A stretch of 64,000 nucleotides of DNA from an uncultured bacterium (GTDB lineage Bacteria > Hydrothermota > Hydrothermia > B15-G9 > WFZT01): assembly GCA_964571845.1 (NCBI GenBank), contig CAZNDM010000062.1:18258-82257 (forward strand), in the 5' to 3' direction. Below the pieces are notes generated by a model. The model was not told where the DNA came from. It saw only the letters and a list, made by a program, of their open reading frames with translations, and made no database searches. Positions 1-9,459 of this stretch are shown piece by piece. A program made the position numbers and the translations under genes. Positions within the stretch are counted from its first letter, which is position 1. Every line of letters starts with the position of its first letter.

Positions 1-185
1 TTTGTATAGTAATTTTCGAGGACAACTCCGGCAAATCTTGCCAGATTTTCTTCACCTTCGTAGTTAAAGATCTTAAAGTGCTGTGTTTCAAGCACTTTCC
101 ACTGAAAATCTTTATACTGAACCTTATTTTTGCCAAAGGAGTAATACTGGGAGAAAAGGAGAGCAACTGCAATCAGGAAAGACAT
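1..185 (-). CDS. Hypothetical protein, 5' portion only; the gene continues beyond the window start
   Basis: An ATG at 183-185 on the minus strand sits 2 bp after the stop of the M23 peptidase gene and opens a frame that reads MSFLIAVALLFSQYYSFGKNKVQYKDFQWKVLETQHF... to the window edge. The hydrophobic N-terminus suggests a signal peptide or membrane anchor. The gene is absent from the ORF track because it is truncated. Confidence 0.35.
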   Translation of the reverse strand, partial: MSFLIAVALLFSQYYSFGKNKVQYKDFQWKVLETQHFKIFNYEGEENLARFAGVVLENYYT

Positions 186-187
186 AA

Positions 188-1111
188 TCAGTCGTAAAGG
201 ACAGTATCAGGGATTATGTATTTAATTGGATTGATGGGCCTCCCCATTACTCTAACTTCATAATGGAGGTGTGGACCAGTGGAACGGCCCGTGTTTCCAA
301 CATAACCGATAACCTGACCGCGTCTCACAAACTGTCCCTGTCTAACAGCTGATCTGCTACAGTGTCCGTATCTCGTTGTAACTCCGAATCCGTGATCAAT
401 TTCAATCATCAAACCGTAGCCTTTAACCCACCTGACACTCTTAACAATCCCATCTGCAGGTGCAACGATTGGCGTTCCTTCCGGCGCTGATATATCAATT
501 CCGTCGTGATGCTTTATCTTTCCAGTAAATGGATCCCTTCTGAAACCGAATGGTGATGTCAAAATACCACTTGTGGGATATATTGATGGTGTGTGTCTTC
601 TCAATTTTTCGTCCCTTGCAAGTTTATTGTGGATCTTTGAGAGACTTTGAAGTTCATAATCCGAATATTTGAGCATACGGTTCAACTCAGTATCCAGATT
701 GAAAAGGTCTCTATCAAGCGAGTCTTTAGGAATCTCAAGAGTTCCACCTATACCCATCTGCTTCTGGGCAGGCGGAATCAATGGCAATTCAGCAATGGTT
801 CTGAGCTTATTGTCCCACTCATAAATCTGGTCCAGCTTTTTCCTTATAACAGCGACCTTATCCTCCATCTGTCGGAGGCTCTCTTTTAATTTTTTATTCT
901 CACTCTCCAGTCTCACCTGTTTTTTGTAATCTAATTCCAGCGTAACATACCTGTAAGTTGCAAAGCCCAGAACACCGATAAAAATAAACAATGCAGTGAG
1001 AAAAGAATAAATTTTCAATGGAGTGAGTTTTATCTCTCTTGGTGTAGCATGAGGGTCGGATGGTACTATTTTTATGTCGTATTTAATCTTTTTCATAGCA
1101 GGATGAGCCAA
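188..1111 (-). CDS. M23 family metallopeptidase (LytM/EnvC-like murein endopeptidase) with an N-terminal TM segment and coiled coil
   Basis: The C-terminal LytM domain carries HDGIDISAPEGTPIVAPADG...GYVGNTGRSTGPHLHYEV, i.e. the HxxxD and HxH zinc motifs. The N-terminal region is coiled-coil (KKLKESLRQMEDKVAVIRKKLDQIYE). Confidence 0.85.
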   Translation of the reverse strand: MAHPAMKKIKYDIKIVPSDPHATPREIKLTPLKIYSFLTALFIFIGVLGFATYRYVTLELDYKKQVRLESENKKLKESLRQMEDKVAVIRKKLDQIYEWDNKLRTIAELPLIPPAQKQMGIGGTLEIPKDSLDRDLFNLDTELNRMLKYSDYELQSLSKIHNKLARDEKLRRHTPSIYPTSGILTSPFGFRRDPFTGKIKHHDGIDISAPEGTPIVAPADGIVKSVRWVKGYGLMIEIDHGFGVTTRYGHCSRSAVRQGQFVRRGQVIGYVGNTGRSTGPHLHYEVRVMGRPINPIKYIIPDTVLYD

Positions 1112-1177
1112 CCTTTAGTTTAAAATCGGCTTTTTATAATGTCAAGCTACAAGCCCTTTTCCACAGATGCCAAAATT

Positions 1178-1921
1178 TTAGATAACAAAAAGAAGAGCAC
1201 CCAGCAGGAATGTATAATATGCAAAATAGTGGAGTTTTCTAACAAGGACCACCCTTTTCAAAATCATGATTGCCAAAAGACCTGAAATTAATGCGGAGAG
1301 AAAACCAACAATATAGCCGTAAGAAAGTGCACTTCCGGACAGATCCTTTACTTTGAGAACTGCGGCGCCTGAAATGGCAGCAATAGACAGGAGAAATGAA
1401 AATGAGAACGCCCTTGACGGCTTAATACCAAGTAATAGTGCTGCTGTAATCGTCGCCCCCGATCGCGATATCCCTGGCAGGATGGCAAACGATTGTGCAA
1501 TACCGATTAATAAAGCATCCCTGAGCGTTATCCTCTCCCGCTCACCCCTTGTCCACCTCGTTGTCAGAAGTATGAAGCTATTTAAAAGAAAAAAGTACCT
1601 GACCCAATTGACCGACTCAAAAAGTCCCTCGATAACATCACCCAAAAGAACACCTACCACTCCCGCCGGTATTGTTCCCACAACTATCAATAGCAGAGGC
1701 TGCTCGGTGAAGGAGTATCTCCTGAATTGAAAAATTTCAAGAATATCACGCCACAGGTATATCACAACAGCAGTAAGGGTTGCGACATGCAGGAAAACCT
1801 CAAATGTTATACCCGGAAAATGGACATTGAGGAAATTTTCAAAAACAACGAGATGACCGGACGATGAAATTGGTAAAAATTCTGTTAATCCCTGAACCAG
1901 GCCGAGAAGAAAATACTTCAA
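1178..1921 (-). CDS. uppP: Undecaprenyl-diphosphatase (BacA/UppP)
   Basis: MKYFLLGLVQGLTEFLPISSSGHLVV... and PGISRSGATITAALLLG are canonical UppP motifs. The protein is a polytopic membrane protein. Confidence 0.9.
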   Translation of the reverse strand: MKYFLLGLVQGLTEFLPISSSGHLVVFENFLNVHFPGITFEVFLHVATLTAVVIYLWRDILEIFQFRRYSFTEQPLLLIVVGTIPAGVVGVLLGDVIEGLFESVNWVRYFFLLNSFILLTTRWTRGERERITLRDALLIGIAQSFAILPGISRSGATITAALLLGIKPSRAFSFSFLLSIAAISGAAVLKVKDLSGSALSYGYIVGFLSALISGLLAIMILKRVVLVRKLHYFAYYTFLLGALLFVI

Positions 1922-2311
1922 TTAAGAAATCTCCCCGAGTTCCCTCTTTAATTTCGTTATTTCGTCCAGCAGTTTTCTGATCTCACCTTTAAGGGACCTC
2001 AGAAAAGTCTTCAGGGCACGATTGTAAAAATCCGCGTTGTGTATGTCTCTCAACTGATAACTGATCTTTTTAAGATCCTCACCACTATCCTGAAGAGCTT
2101 TAACTATGAGGGCTATCTGAATATCTCTGCGAGTATATCTTCTCTTTCCACCCTTCCTGACAGGCTTTAAAAGTCCATGCTCCTTCTCCCAATACCTCAA
2201 TTGTTCAGGCCTTACCCCCACAATCTCAGCCACTTCTGATATCTTCCAGTAGAGTTTTTCCGGGATGTCTTGCATTCCATAAAGAGTATAACTACGAAGC
2301 CTTACGGTCAA
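1922..2311 (-). CDS. MerR-family transcriptional regulator
   Basis: A MerR helix-turn-helix (WKISEVAEIVGVRPEQLRYWEKEHGLLKPVRKGGKRRYTRRDIQ) is followed by a coiled-coil tail. The gene abuts uppP with no gap and overlaps the upstream transglycosylase gene by 20 bp. Confidence 0.75.
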   Translation of the reverse strand: MTVRLRSYTLYGMQDIPEKLYWKISEVAEIVGVRPEQLRYWEKEHGLLKPVRKGGKRRYTRRDIQIALIVKALQDSGEDLKKISYQLRDIHNADFYNRALKTFLRSLKGEIRKLLDEITKLKRELGEIS

Positions 2312-4304
2312 GTAATTCTTCTGTTAAGTGCGAATAAAGCATTCTGTAAAGCCTGAAATCTTTCATTATTCTCCTGACATAATTCCGTGTTTCCCGAAAT
2401 GGAATAAACTCAACAAATAGCTGGGGATCTGCTGAGATTCCCATGCTCCTGTACTTCTTTATCCATCTATCTACTCTCTTTTCACCGGCATTATAGGCAG
2501 CAAGAGCAAAAACAGGGTTACCCTGATATCTCTCCAGCAGGGAATTGAGATACTTAACACCAATCTCTATGTTGAAGTAAGGATCAAAGAGTTCATCCAG
2601 CTTAACTTTTCTACCTGCAATTCTTGAGGCTGTTGACGGCATCAACTGTGCTATACCCACAGCTCCCGCTGGTGACACTGCCATGTGGTTAAAATGACTC
2701 TCCTCTCTCAATAAAGAGACAAAGAGAAATGGCTCATCTGTCCTGCCCTCGATAAAAGACCAGTAGGCAAGAGGGAAACCAAAAATCAAGCTTTTCCTGC
2801 CCTGCTCGAGCTTCCTGTATCTCTTGAAAATCTCAACTGTGAGATTATCAGCACCTGTAAGATAGGCAAATTCTACACACTCCTGAAGTTCACACTTCTT
2901 CAAAGATCTCAAGGCGTAGTTATTGAGTCCGAGTAATGTGAAAATGTGGTATCTGTCCCAGTAAGAATCTGGCTTATCGAGAAACTTCCCATTCTTCTCT
3001 ATCATCGGGATGAGAATTGAATCCACATCGGGCAACTTCTTCTCTCCATTGGTTATCCATGTAAAGTAAGAAAACGGATGAGCCTTTATGAGCGAATCCC
3101 TGTAGGCTGAAACCCCAGAAATTTTGTAAAGCCAGAACAATGCCTGAGCACGCGCAAAGGAATCCCTTGTTTTTAAAGATCTTTTGAAGAAATCAATTGC
3201 TCCCCTCTTCTCCCCATAAATCATGTATGTCAGTCCCATACGCATCAAATACTCAGGAGAACCTATACCATGAGGAATTTTTCTCTTCCACTTTTTAAAA
3301 ACGTCCGGATGGTTTATAAAAATGAATGAAAGCTCGTACGACGCATAGGCGCGGTATTTCCCGCTACCTTTAATAACTCTCAAAAATAGGGGCACTGCTT
3401 TTGACAGTTTCCTTTTCTTCTCGTATGAAAGTGCGACATAGTAAAGGAGTGAATCGGGGACAAGCCCCTTTCTGTACAGTTTTAGTAACTTTGAATAATA
3501 CCCCGCCCTGTAATAGGCTATTGTCAGATAATGATACTTCTTCGATAGCTTCGACTTTCTCAGATACTTTATTGCTCTCCTGTATTTTCCTCTGTAAAAA
3601 GCGCACAATCCCTTGTAAAAAGTATATCTTCCGCTGACATACCTGATCACTTTATAAGCAAATGGACTCTTGTAATAACGAGTTACAAGTCTCACAGCTA
3701 TACTGTCAGCTGCGGATTTCTGCTTTTTGAACCTTTTTATGTTGTGTAAGTAATAAAGAGCCTCTGCTCTATTTGCATAAATTTTCAATCTTCGTCTGTA
3801 AGTCCTAAAGATTTTTTCGTAGTCAGCATAATCTCCATCAGAGTACATAAACCGCAAAGCCTGCATTATTGCCCTTTCAACAAAGGGACTCTCAGGATAC
3901 CTCTTTGCAAGGATTTTTAAATCAACCGGTATGTAAGTCTTTCTCTGGAGATCAATATTTTTATTGATCCTCAGGTAAAGCAAGAAATCTCCCAGATCAG
4001 GGTATCTTGTGAGCCCTCTTTCGACAAGCTCATAAAAAACACTGTCACCAGCAGGGGTATTGTAGGCAGAGTAGAGAAACGCAAAAAATTCCGGTTTTTT
4101 AAGAGATCCGGTTCTTGTAGAAAAATACTGATAGAGGATCTCGTACTCCCTCATCCTGAGGAGTGATACAGTGAAGTAGAAACGCTCGTCAACATTGGAA
4201 ATAGAGGAGGAATTGTAAATTGCAGGCCAGTTTCTCGTCAGAATAGCAGTGGAAAGGGAAGCTTTAAGACTGAGAGCGGCGAAAAGAAAAAAAATCATAT
4301 TCAA
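2292..4304 (-). CDS. Soluble lytic murein transglycosylase (Slt family) with an N-terminal superhelical repeat region
   Basis: The C-terminal SLT domain contains ESHFNHMAVSPAGAVGIAQLMPSTA...AYNAGEKRV, the catalytic Glu-Ser and AYNAG motifs. There is an N-terminal signal peptide and long Tyr/Arg-rich helical repeats. Confidence 0.8.
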   Translation of the reverse strand: MNMIFFLFAALSLKASLSTAILTRNWPAIYNSSSISNVDERFYFTVSLLRMREYEILYQYFSTRTGSLKKPEFFAFLYSAYNTPAGDSVFYELVERGLTRYPDLGDFLLYLRINKNIDLQRKTYIPVDLKILAKRYPESPFVERAIMQALRFMYSDGDYADYEKIFRTYRRRLKIYANRAEALYYLHNIKRFKKQKSAADSIAVRLVTRYYKSPFAYKVIRYVSGRYTFYKGLCAFYRGKYRRAIKYLRKSKLSKKYHYLTIAYYRAGYYSKLLKLYRKGLVPDSLLYYVALSYEKKRKLSKAVPLFLRVIKGSGKYRAYASYELSFIFINHPDVFKKWKRKIPHGIGSPEYLMRMGLTYMIYGEKRGAIDFFKRSLKTRDSFARAQALFWLYKISGVSAYRDSLIKAHPFSYFTWITNGEKKLPDVDSILIPMIEKNGKFLDKPDSYWDRYHIFTLLGLNNYALRSLKKCELQECVEFAYLTGADNLTVEIFKRYRKLEQGRKSLIFGFPLAYWSFIEGRTDEPFLFVSLLREESHFNHMAVSPAGAVGIAQLMPSTASRIAGRKVKLDELFDPYFNIEIGVKYLNSLLERYQGNPVFALAAYNAGEKRVDRWIKKYRSMGISADPQLFVEFIPFRETRNYVRRIMKDFRLYRMLYSHLTEELLDRKAS

Positions 4305-4310
4305 TAAAAA

Positions 4311-4382
4311 AGCGGGCGACGGGATTCGAACCCGCGACCCTCAGCTTGGGAAGCTGATGCTCTCCCTCTGAGCTACGCCCGC
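4311..4382 (-). tRNA. tRNA-Gly (anticodon CCC)
   Basis: The reverse complement reads GCGGGCG-TA-GCTC-AGAGGGA-GAGC-A-TCAGC-TTCCCAA-GCTGA-GGGTC-GCGGG-TTCGAAT-CCCGT-CGCCCGC-T. This is a full cloverleaf with a 7-bp acceptor stem, a T-loop TTCGAAT, anticodon loop TTCCCAA and a U discriminator, as is typical of bacterial tRNA-Gly. Confidence 0.85.
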
Positions 4383-4471
4383 ATATATGTGTCTTTATTT
4401 ATAACACCTCCACCTTTATTCAGTCAAGGAGACTCCCATTGTGGGCATCCGGTCCATTAAAATTTTAGCAC

Positions 4472-5998
4472 ATGGAAAAGGTTATCATTCTTGACTTCGG
4501 ATCTCAGTACACCCAGCTTATCGCCAGAAGGGTTAGAGAGTGGCATGTTTACTCCGAAATAGTCCCTTACAACATCACTCCACAAACCATCGGAGATGAT
4601 GTGATCGCTATTATCCTGAGTGGAGGACCTGGTAGTGTGTACGATGAAAATCCGTACCTGCCAGATCCCGGGATATTTAAATTGAATAAACCCATACTTG
4701 GAATCTGCTACGGATTACAGATCATAACCCATCTCCTTGGTGGTAAGGTTGCTCCTGCAAAGGAAAAAGAGTATGGCCTTGCGACACTTACCGTAAAAGG
4801 CAGGTCTCCTTTATTCGAAAACCTCCCTGAAAAATTTAAGGTATGGATGAGTCATGGAGACAAAGTCCTGAGTATTCCACACGGTTTCAAAATTATAGGC
4901 TCCACGGAAAATTCAGAATATGCCGCTATTGCCCACGAGGATTTAAAAATTTATGGCCTCCAATTTCACCCTGAAGTCGCTCACACAGAATATGGTAGTG
5001 AGATCATAAAAAATTTCTTATTCAGAATTGCAAAAGCACGGGGCGAATGGAAACTCGAAAACTTTGCCGAAACCCTGATAAATCAGATCCAGGAGCAGGT
5101 TGATGGTCATGGCGTCATTCTCGCACTCTCAGGGGGTGTTGATTCCTCTGTCGTCGCCAGACTCCTTGAAAAGTCCGTCGGCGAAAGTTTCTATCCCATT
5201 TTTATTGACACCGGACTCCTGAAAATCGGTGAAAAGGAAAGAATCAAACGCCATTTTGGCCACTTAAAAAATTTAATAGTCGTTGATGCCGCCCGTGAGT
5301 TCCTTGAATCCCTGAAAGGTATCGAAGATCCCGAATCGAAAAGAAAGATCATAGGCGAAAAATTCATCGAAATCTTTACGAGGGAGTCTTTGAAATTGAA
5401 GGACAGAATCAGGTTCCTCGCTCAGGGAACCCTCTATCCGGATGTCATAGAATCAACACCTGTAGTTGGACCATCTGAGACCATTAAATCACACCATAAT
5501 GTGGGTGGACTCCCTGACTGGCTGCCTTTTGAACTTCTCGAACCTCTGAGGATGCTCTTTAAAGACGAGGTCAGACAGCTCGGACGAATCCTCGGAATGG
5601 ACGAAGAGCTCATAAAAAGACACCCCTTCCCCGGTCCGGGTTTTGCTATCAGAATTATCGGAAGTGTAACTGAAGAAAGACTGAAACTTGTGAAAACCGC
5701 TGATCTGATTATTGAGGAAGAGATAAAAAAAGCCGGCCTGTACGACGAGCTCTGGCAGATCTTTCCTGTACTCCTCCCTATCAAAACAGTGGGGGTTATG
5801 GGGGATAAAAGAACTTACGAATATGTTATTGCAATCAGGGCTGTTACAAGTGTGGACGGAATGACAGCGGATTGGGCAAAACTTCCTTATGAAGTCCTTG
5901 AGAAAATTTCCTCAAGGATTGTCAACGAAATCGTGGGGATAAACAGAGTTGTGTACGACATAACATCCAAGCCACCTGCCACCATTGAATGGGAATAG
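4472..5998 (+). CDS. guaA: GMP synthase (glutamine-hydrolysing)
   Basis: The N-terminus has a class-I glutamine amidotransferase domain ([18 protein letters not shown]; GICYGLQ). It is followed by the ATP-pyrophosphatase SGGVDSSV P-loop and the conserved GuaA C-terminus ...ATIEWE. Confidence 0.95.
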   Translation: MEKVIILDFGSQYTQLIARRVREWHVYSEIVPYNITPQTIGDDVIAIILSGGPGSVYDENPYLPDPGIFKLNKPILGICYGLQIITHLLGGKVAPAKEKEYGLATLTVKGRSPLFENLPEKFKVWMSHGDKVLSIPHGFKIIGSTENSEYAAIAHEDLKIYGLQFHPEVAHTEYGSEIIKNFLFRIAKARGEWKLENFAETLINQIQEQVDGHGVILALSGGVDSSVVARLLEKSVGESFYPIFIDTGLLKIGEKERIKRHFGHLKNLIVVDAAREFLESLKGIEDPESKRKIIGEKFIEIFTRESLKLKDRIRFLAQGTLYPDVIESTPVVGPSETIKSHHNVGGLPDWLPFELLEPLRMLFKDEVRQLGRILGMDEELIKRHPFPGPGFAIRIIGSVTEERLKLVKTADLIIEEEIKKAGLYDELWQIFPVLLPIKTVGVMGDKRTYEYVIAIRAVTSVDGMTADWAKLPYEVLEKISSRIVNEIVGINRVVYDITSKPPATIEWE

Positions 5999-6059
5999 CC
6001 CTCCTGGAACATTAGATTGATCCCCTCCGTCTAAATTAACAAACAACGGAGGTGAAAGA

Positions 6060-6470
6060 ATGAACCTGCTGATGATAACTCTGATAATGCTTGCAGGACC
6101 AATGAACATCCCAGTCAAAAAGTTGATCGTGTCTCCCACCCTGCAGGAGAAGCTGGAGTTAAAGGGAAACCAGTTAAATGAGATCAAAAACATCTGGTTT
6201 GAAAGCCGGGAAAAACTTATACCCCTGAATGCTCGCAGGCAAAAACTTCTGCTCGATATAGAAAAGGAGTTGAGCAAAGACGATGTCAATCTTGAGAATT
6301 TGAAGAAGCTATACGATGAACTTGGAGATGTTATCTCCAGGATCAGGTATATCAAAACAAAGACGATGGTTAGTGTGAAGCAGGTACTGACGAGGAAACA
6401 GCTGATAAAGCTCGAAGAGGAAAGGTTGAGATGGAAGAGATATCCTCCCCCACTTCCTTACCATAAATAA
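6060..6470 (+). CDS. Putative periplasmic coiled-coil protein with LTXXQ-type motifs (Spy/CpxP-like)
   Basis: A signal peptide is followed by a helical protein of low complexity. VLTRKQLIKLEE resembles the LTXXQ motif of the Spy/CpxP periplasmic chaperone family. A strong RBS (GGAGGTGAAAGAATG) precedes it. The family assignment is tentative. Confidence 0.4.
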   Translation: MNLLMITLIMLAGPMNIPVKKLIVSPTLQEKLELKGNQLNEIKNIWFESREKLIPLNARRQKLLLDIEKELSKDDVNLENLKKLYDELGDVISRIRYIKTKTMVSVKQVLTRKQLIKLEEERLRWKRYPPPLPYHK

Positions 6471-6475
6471 AAAGA

Positions 6476-6510
6476 GGGGGCGGGGCGCGCGTTCCGCGCG
6501 CCCCGCCCCC
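6476..6510. terminator. GC-rich perfect palindrome hairpin (16-bp stem, 3-nt loop) between convergent genes, a probable bidirectional terminator
   Basis: GGGGGCGGGGCGCGCG-TTC-CGCGCGCCCCGCCCCC was read directly. It lies 6 bp after the stop of 6060..6470 (+) and 22 bp after the stop of the S8 protease gene (-). Confidence 0.6.
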
Positions 6511-6531
6511 AGAATTTCACAAACCACCCAT

Positions 6532-9402
6532 CTATTTAACTATCATCAACCTCTGAATAGCTCTCGTCTCCCCAGCTCTAAATTCTACAAAGTAAACTCC
6601 AGCTTTCAATCCGCGTAAGTTCATGTCTATCGTGTGGGGGCCAGCCCCAAGTGTTCCCCTGAACACCTTTCTAACCGCTCTTCCACTGATATCGTACAGG
6701 CTGATCTCAACATCCTGCCTGCTCGCGAGCGTGAAGCTCAATGTGCTGAACCCTCTTGTTACATTGGGAGCCAGCTTCAAAGGCACAAATCCGGGCTGAA
6801 CCTGACTCTCCTCAACACTAACAAGGTAGGCATGGTAGGCTGAATCAACATTGGCGTAGTAAGCACCAAGAGATACGCCACCGACAATTGCAAACACAAC
6901 TGAATCTTCCTGGCCCGGTGCAAGGGAGAATGGTCCAGCTGAAACAACGACACTGTAATCGTTTGCTGATGTCTGGTTACCGTAGTGCAAAATTCCCGAC
7001 ATGAATTTCCATTCATTCTGGTCCGTCATTCCCGTGTCCGGATAGACATAGGTTGGGTTGGAGATGGTGCTTATATTTGCAACATTGTCCCTTGGATAGA
7101 GCAGGGTTATACCAACTGCGGGGCTGTAGTTCAGGGGCGTCATGAAAGCTGTGTACCTTGTAGTGTCAACAAAGGCGAAGTTCTGGGATGGATCCTGCCC
7201 TATATCAAAGTCAATAAACTGAGCTGCATAGAGGTTATCAAGTGATGATGTGCCGTTGTTTCTGAAAACATACTTCATTATCACAAAATCATTTATCCCA
7301 TCCCTTGAAAATCCGTAGGCTATCTGCTCGACAGTAACATTCTGTGGATTCGGGTGCCCGGAATCTGACATCATACCCCAGATCTCCTGATTCCCGACTG
7401 CTGGTGGAATGACATAGTAGAGCCTTCCAAGAGGATCCGTTGTATAAACCCAGTCTCCATCCTCTGTTCCGTGTTCATACCAGTTGTCAACGAGATATGT
7501 GGAGTCATTACCAAAGGCGAGTGAGCCATAGAAGAGTGTGTTGGATCCGTTCTTTGGATAAATAAACCCATTCCCCATCAGCTGATCTGAAGACATAAAG
7601 CCGATGCCGCCGTTGTCAGTTACTGTAAGGATGCAGTTCCCGGTGTCAATATTGGCAAAGTCGAATCTTGGAGTACCAATTTCAAGTGAAAATTCGAGGT
7701 CGGTGGTGTAAGAAGTTGAAGTTTCGATGTGGAGGACAAAGTTGACAGTGGTCCCGGATGGAGTTGAAGGTGAAACATAGAGGGTGAACGGATCTGCCTG
7801 GTTGCTCACTGTATCGTTGCGAGCAATATCGCCGAAGTTACCCACAGAGTCAAGGATTGTAACATCCTTTGAGCCGAGTCTTAGATAACCAACAGCCGAA
7901 TGGGCAGTAGAGTCAGCAAGATTGGCAAGGTAAACGATTACATTTGCAGTGTCTCCCGGATCCAGTCTTCCGTTGTTATCGTCCACGACAACATTGATCA
8001 GAGCCAGATACGGCTGATCCGGAGCCGGAGTTAGCTCTATTGCAGCAAGCACATCCAGACGGCCCCAGCCGTAGTCATTGTTCGGGAATGTGTATCCGGG
8101 CACATGGTAAGCGGAATTTGTAAGTATGGAATAAATCTGATAGTAATCGAGAACAGGGTTCTTGGACAGGATAAGTGCAATGGCGCCTGTAACATGAGGG
8201 GCTGACATGGATGTTCCGTCCCATGTCTGGTAACCGCCTCCGGGAACTGATGAGTAAATACTTTGACCTGGTGCCACTATGTCCGGTTTTATGAAATTCC
8301 AATCGGGTCTGCTCCAGTAGGTCTGATCATTCCAGGGATAAGCATTGGGAGCGGGTCCCCTCTGAGAAAAGCTCGTCACGGCATCTGTTCTCGTGGTTGC
8401 TCCCACACCGATTACAGTGGGATAGTTACCCGGTGAACTCGCCCTTATATGCGGGCAGTTCATGTCATAGTTTCCAATTGAGAAAACGGGGATAAGTCCA
8501 AGTGACCTTATTGTCCAGATTACATTCCAGTATGTGGTTGACATCGAGTCACATGAACCCCAGGAATTGTTTATAACCCTGAGGTTGACACCTGAGTCAA
8601 CCACGAGACTGCCGAACCACTGGAAAGATCTTGTAATCCAGCTTGAGTAACCGCCAGACGATGTAAACGCCTTGGCAGCCACAAACATCGCACCCGGGGC
8701 AACTCCTATGTCCCTTGTGAATGGTCCGTAACCGTCTCCTCCCAGTATGGTTCCCATGGTGTGGGTACCGTGACCATTGTCATCGTAAGGAGCGGGAAAA
8801 TTCCCATGTGTGGCATCATAAAAGTGTCCTGCAAACTTTCCAGAAAGCGCAGGATGTGATGTATCCACTCCGGTGTCGAGATTTGCAACTATTATCCCCT
8901 GCCCTGTGTAACCCAGCCTCCAGACACTATCCGCATTTATCTTACTTATGTTCCAATAAACAACTTTTGGATCAGCTGATTGGGTGTTACGGGCAGGTAA
9001 AGCTGTTAAAAACGCCTTACTGTCAAGCTCAATCCTCGCAACATCCTCTCTTTCCGCAAGTCTGTAAATAACATCCTTAGTAGCTTTGACATAAACAGCA
9101 TTGATAATCCAGAAACCCTCTTTTTCCATGACTCTGTCTGCATTCGCATCAAGGAATTCGAGAATCGGCCTCTGGGACTCCTTTGCGAGACTTCTGAGGT
9201 ACTCTACCTCAGTCTTCCTATCTCCCTTAAACATCTTTTCCAGATCCTGATAGGATGGCTGCTCTGCGGGGTACACCATCACTCTAATAAACTCGTCGCT
9301 GCCAGCTTTTTCCAGGACCTTCTGCAGATCCTCTGTAATCGTTGCCTTTGCGTTTAGTACTGTGAACATCAGCAAAGACAACACGACCATCAACTTCTTC
9401 AT
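6532..9402 (-). CDS. Secreted subtilisin-like serine protease (peptidase S8) with an I9 propeptide and a T9SS C-terminal sorting domain
   Basis: There is a signal peptide. The S8 catalytic triad motifs are present: DTGVDTSHPAL (Asp), HGTHTMGTILGG (His) and GTSMSAPHVTGAIALI (Ser). The C-terminus GVYFVEFRAGETRAIQRLMIVK is typical of a T9SS type-A CTD. Confidence 0.85.
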   Translation of the reverse strand: MKKLMVVLSLLMFTVLNAKATITEDLQKVLEKAGSDEFIRVMVYPAEQPSYQDLEKMFKGDRKTEVEYLRSLAKESQRPILEFLDANADRVMEKEGFWIINAVYVKATKDVIYRLAEREDVARIELDSKAFLTALPARNTQSADPKVVYWNISKINADSVWRLGYTGQGIIVANLDTGVDTSHPALSGKFAGHFYDATHGNFPAPYDDNGHGTHTMGTILGGDGYGPFTRDIGVAPGAMFVAAKAFTSSGGYSSWITRSFQWFGSLVVDSGVNLRVINNSWGSCDSMSTTYWNVIWTIRSLGLIPVFSIGNYDMNCPHIRASSPGNYPTVIGVGATTRTDAVTSFSQRGPAPNAYPWNDQTYWSRPDWNFIKPDIVAPGQSIYSSVPGGGYQTWDGTSMSAPHVTGAIALILSKNPVLDYYQIYSILTNSAYHVPGYTFPNNDYGWGRLDVLAAIELTPAPDQPYLALINVVVDDNNGRLDPGDTANVIVYLANLADSTAHSAVGYLRLGSKDVTILDSVGNFGDIARNDTVSNQADPFTLYVSPSTPSGTTVNFVLHIETSTSYTTDLEFSLEIGTPRFDFANIDTGNCILTVTDNGGIGFMSSDQLMGNGFIYPKNGSNTLFYGSLAFGNDSTYLVDNWYEHGTEDGDWVYTTDPLGRLYYVIPPAVGNQEIWGMMSDSGHPNPQNVTVEQIAYGFSRDGINDFVIMKYVFRNNGTSSLDNLYAAQFIDFDIGQDPSQNFAFVDTTRYTAFMTPLNYSPAVGITLLYPRDNVANISTISNPTYVYPDTGMTDQNEWKFMSGILHYGNQTSANDYSVVVSAGPFSLAPGQEDSVVFAIVGGVSLGAYYANVDSAYHAYLVSVEESQVQPGFVPLKLAPNVTRGFSTLSFTLASRQDVEISLYDISGRAVRKVFRGTLGAGPHTIDMNLRGLKAGVYFVEFRAGETRAIQRLMIVK

Positions 9403-9459
9403 TTTGACCTCCTATTTTGAAATTTGATTGGTTTATTTTAATTTATCCCCACCCCCTTT

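Noticed and set aside
4385-4471. guaA leader inspected for a purine riboswitch
   Set aside because: No match was seen to the conserved purine-aptamer core (U-rich junctions, or a conserved pyrimidine at the ligand-recognition position). The region looks like a simple promoter and RBS.
6309-6527. 72-aa minus-strand ORF spanning the 6476-6510 hairpin
   Set aside because: The frame runs through a perfect GC palindrome that is a terminator, and it overlaps the 3' end of the 6060-6470 gene. The same logic rejects 28439-28678 and 28630-28815, which overlap the 28626-28670 hairpin.
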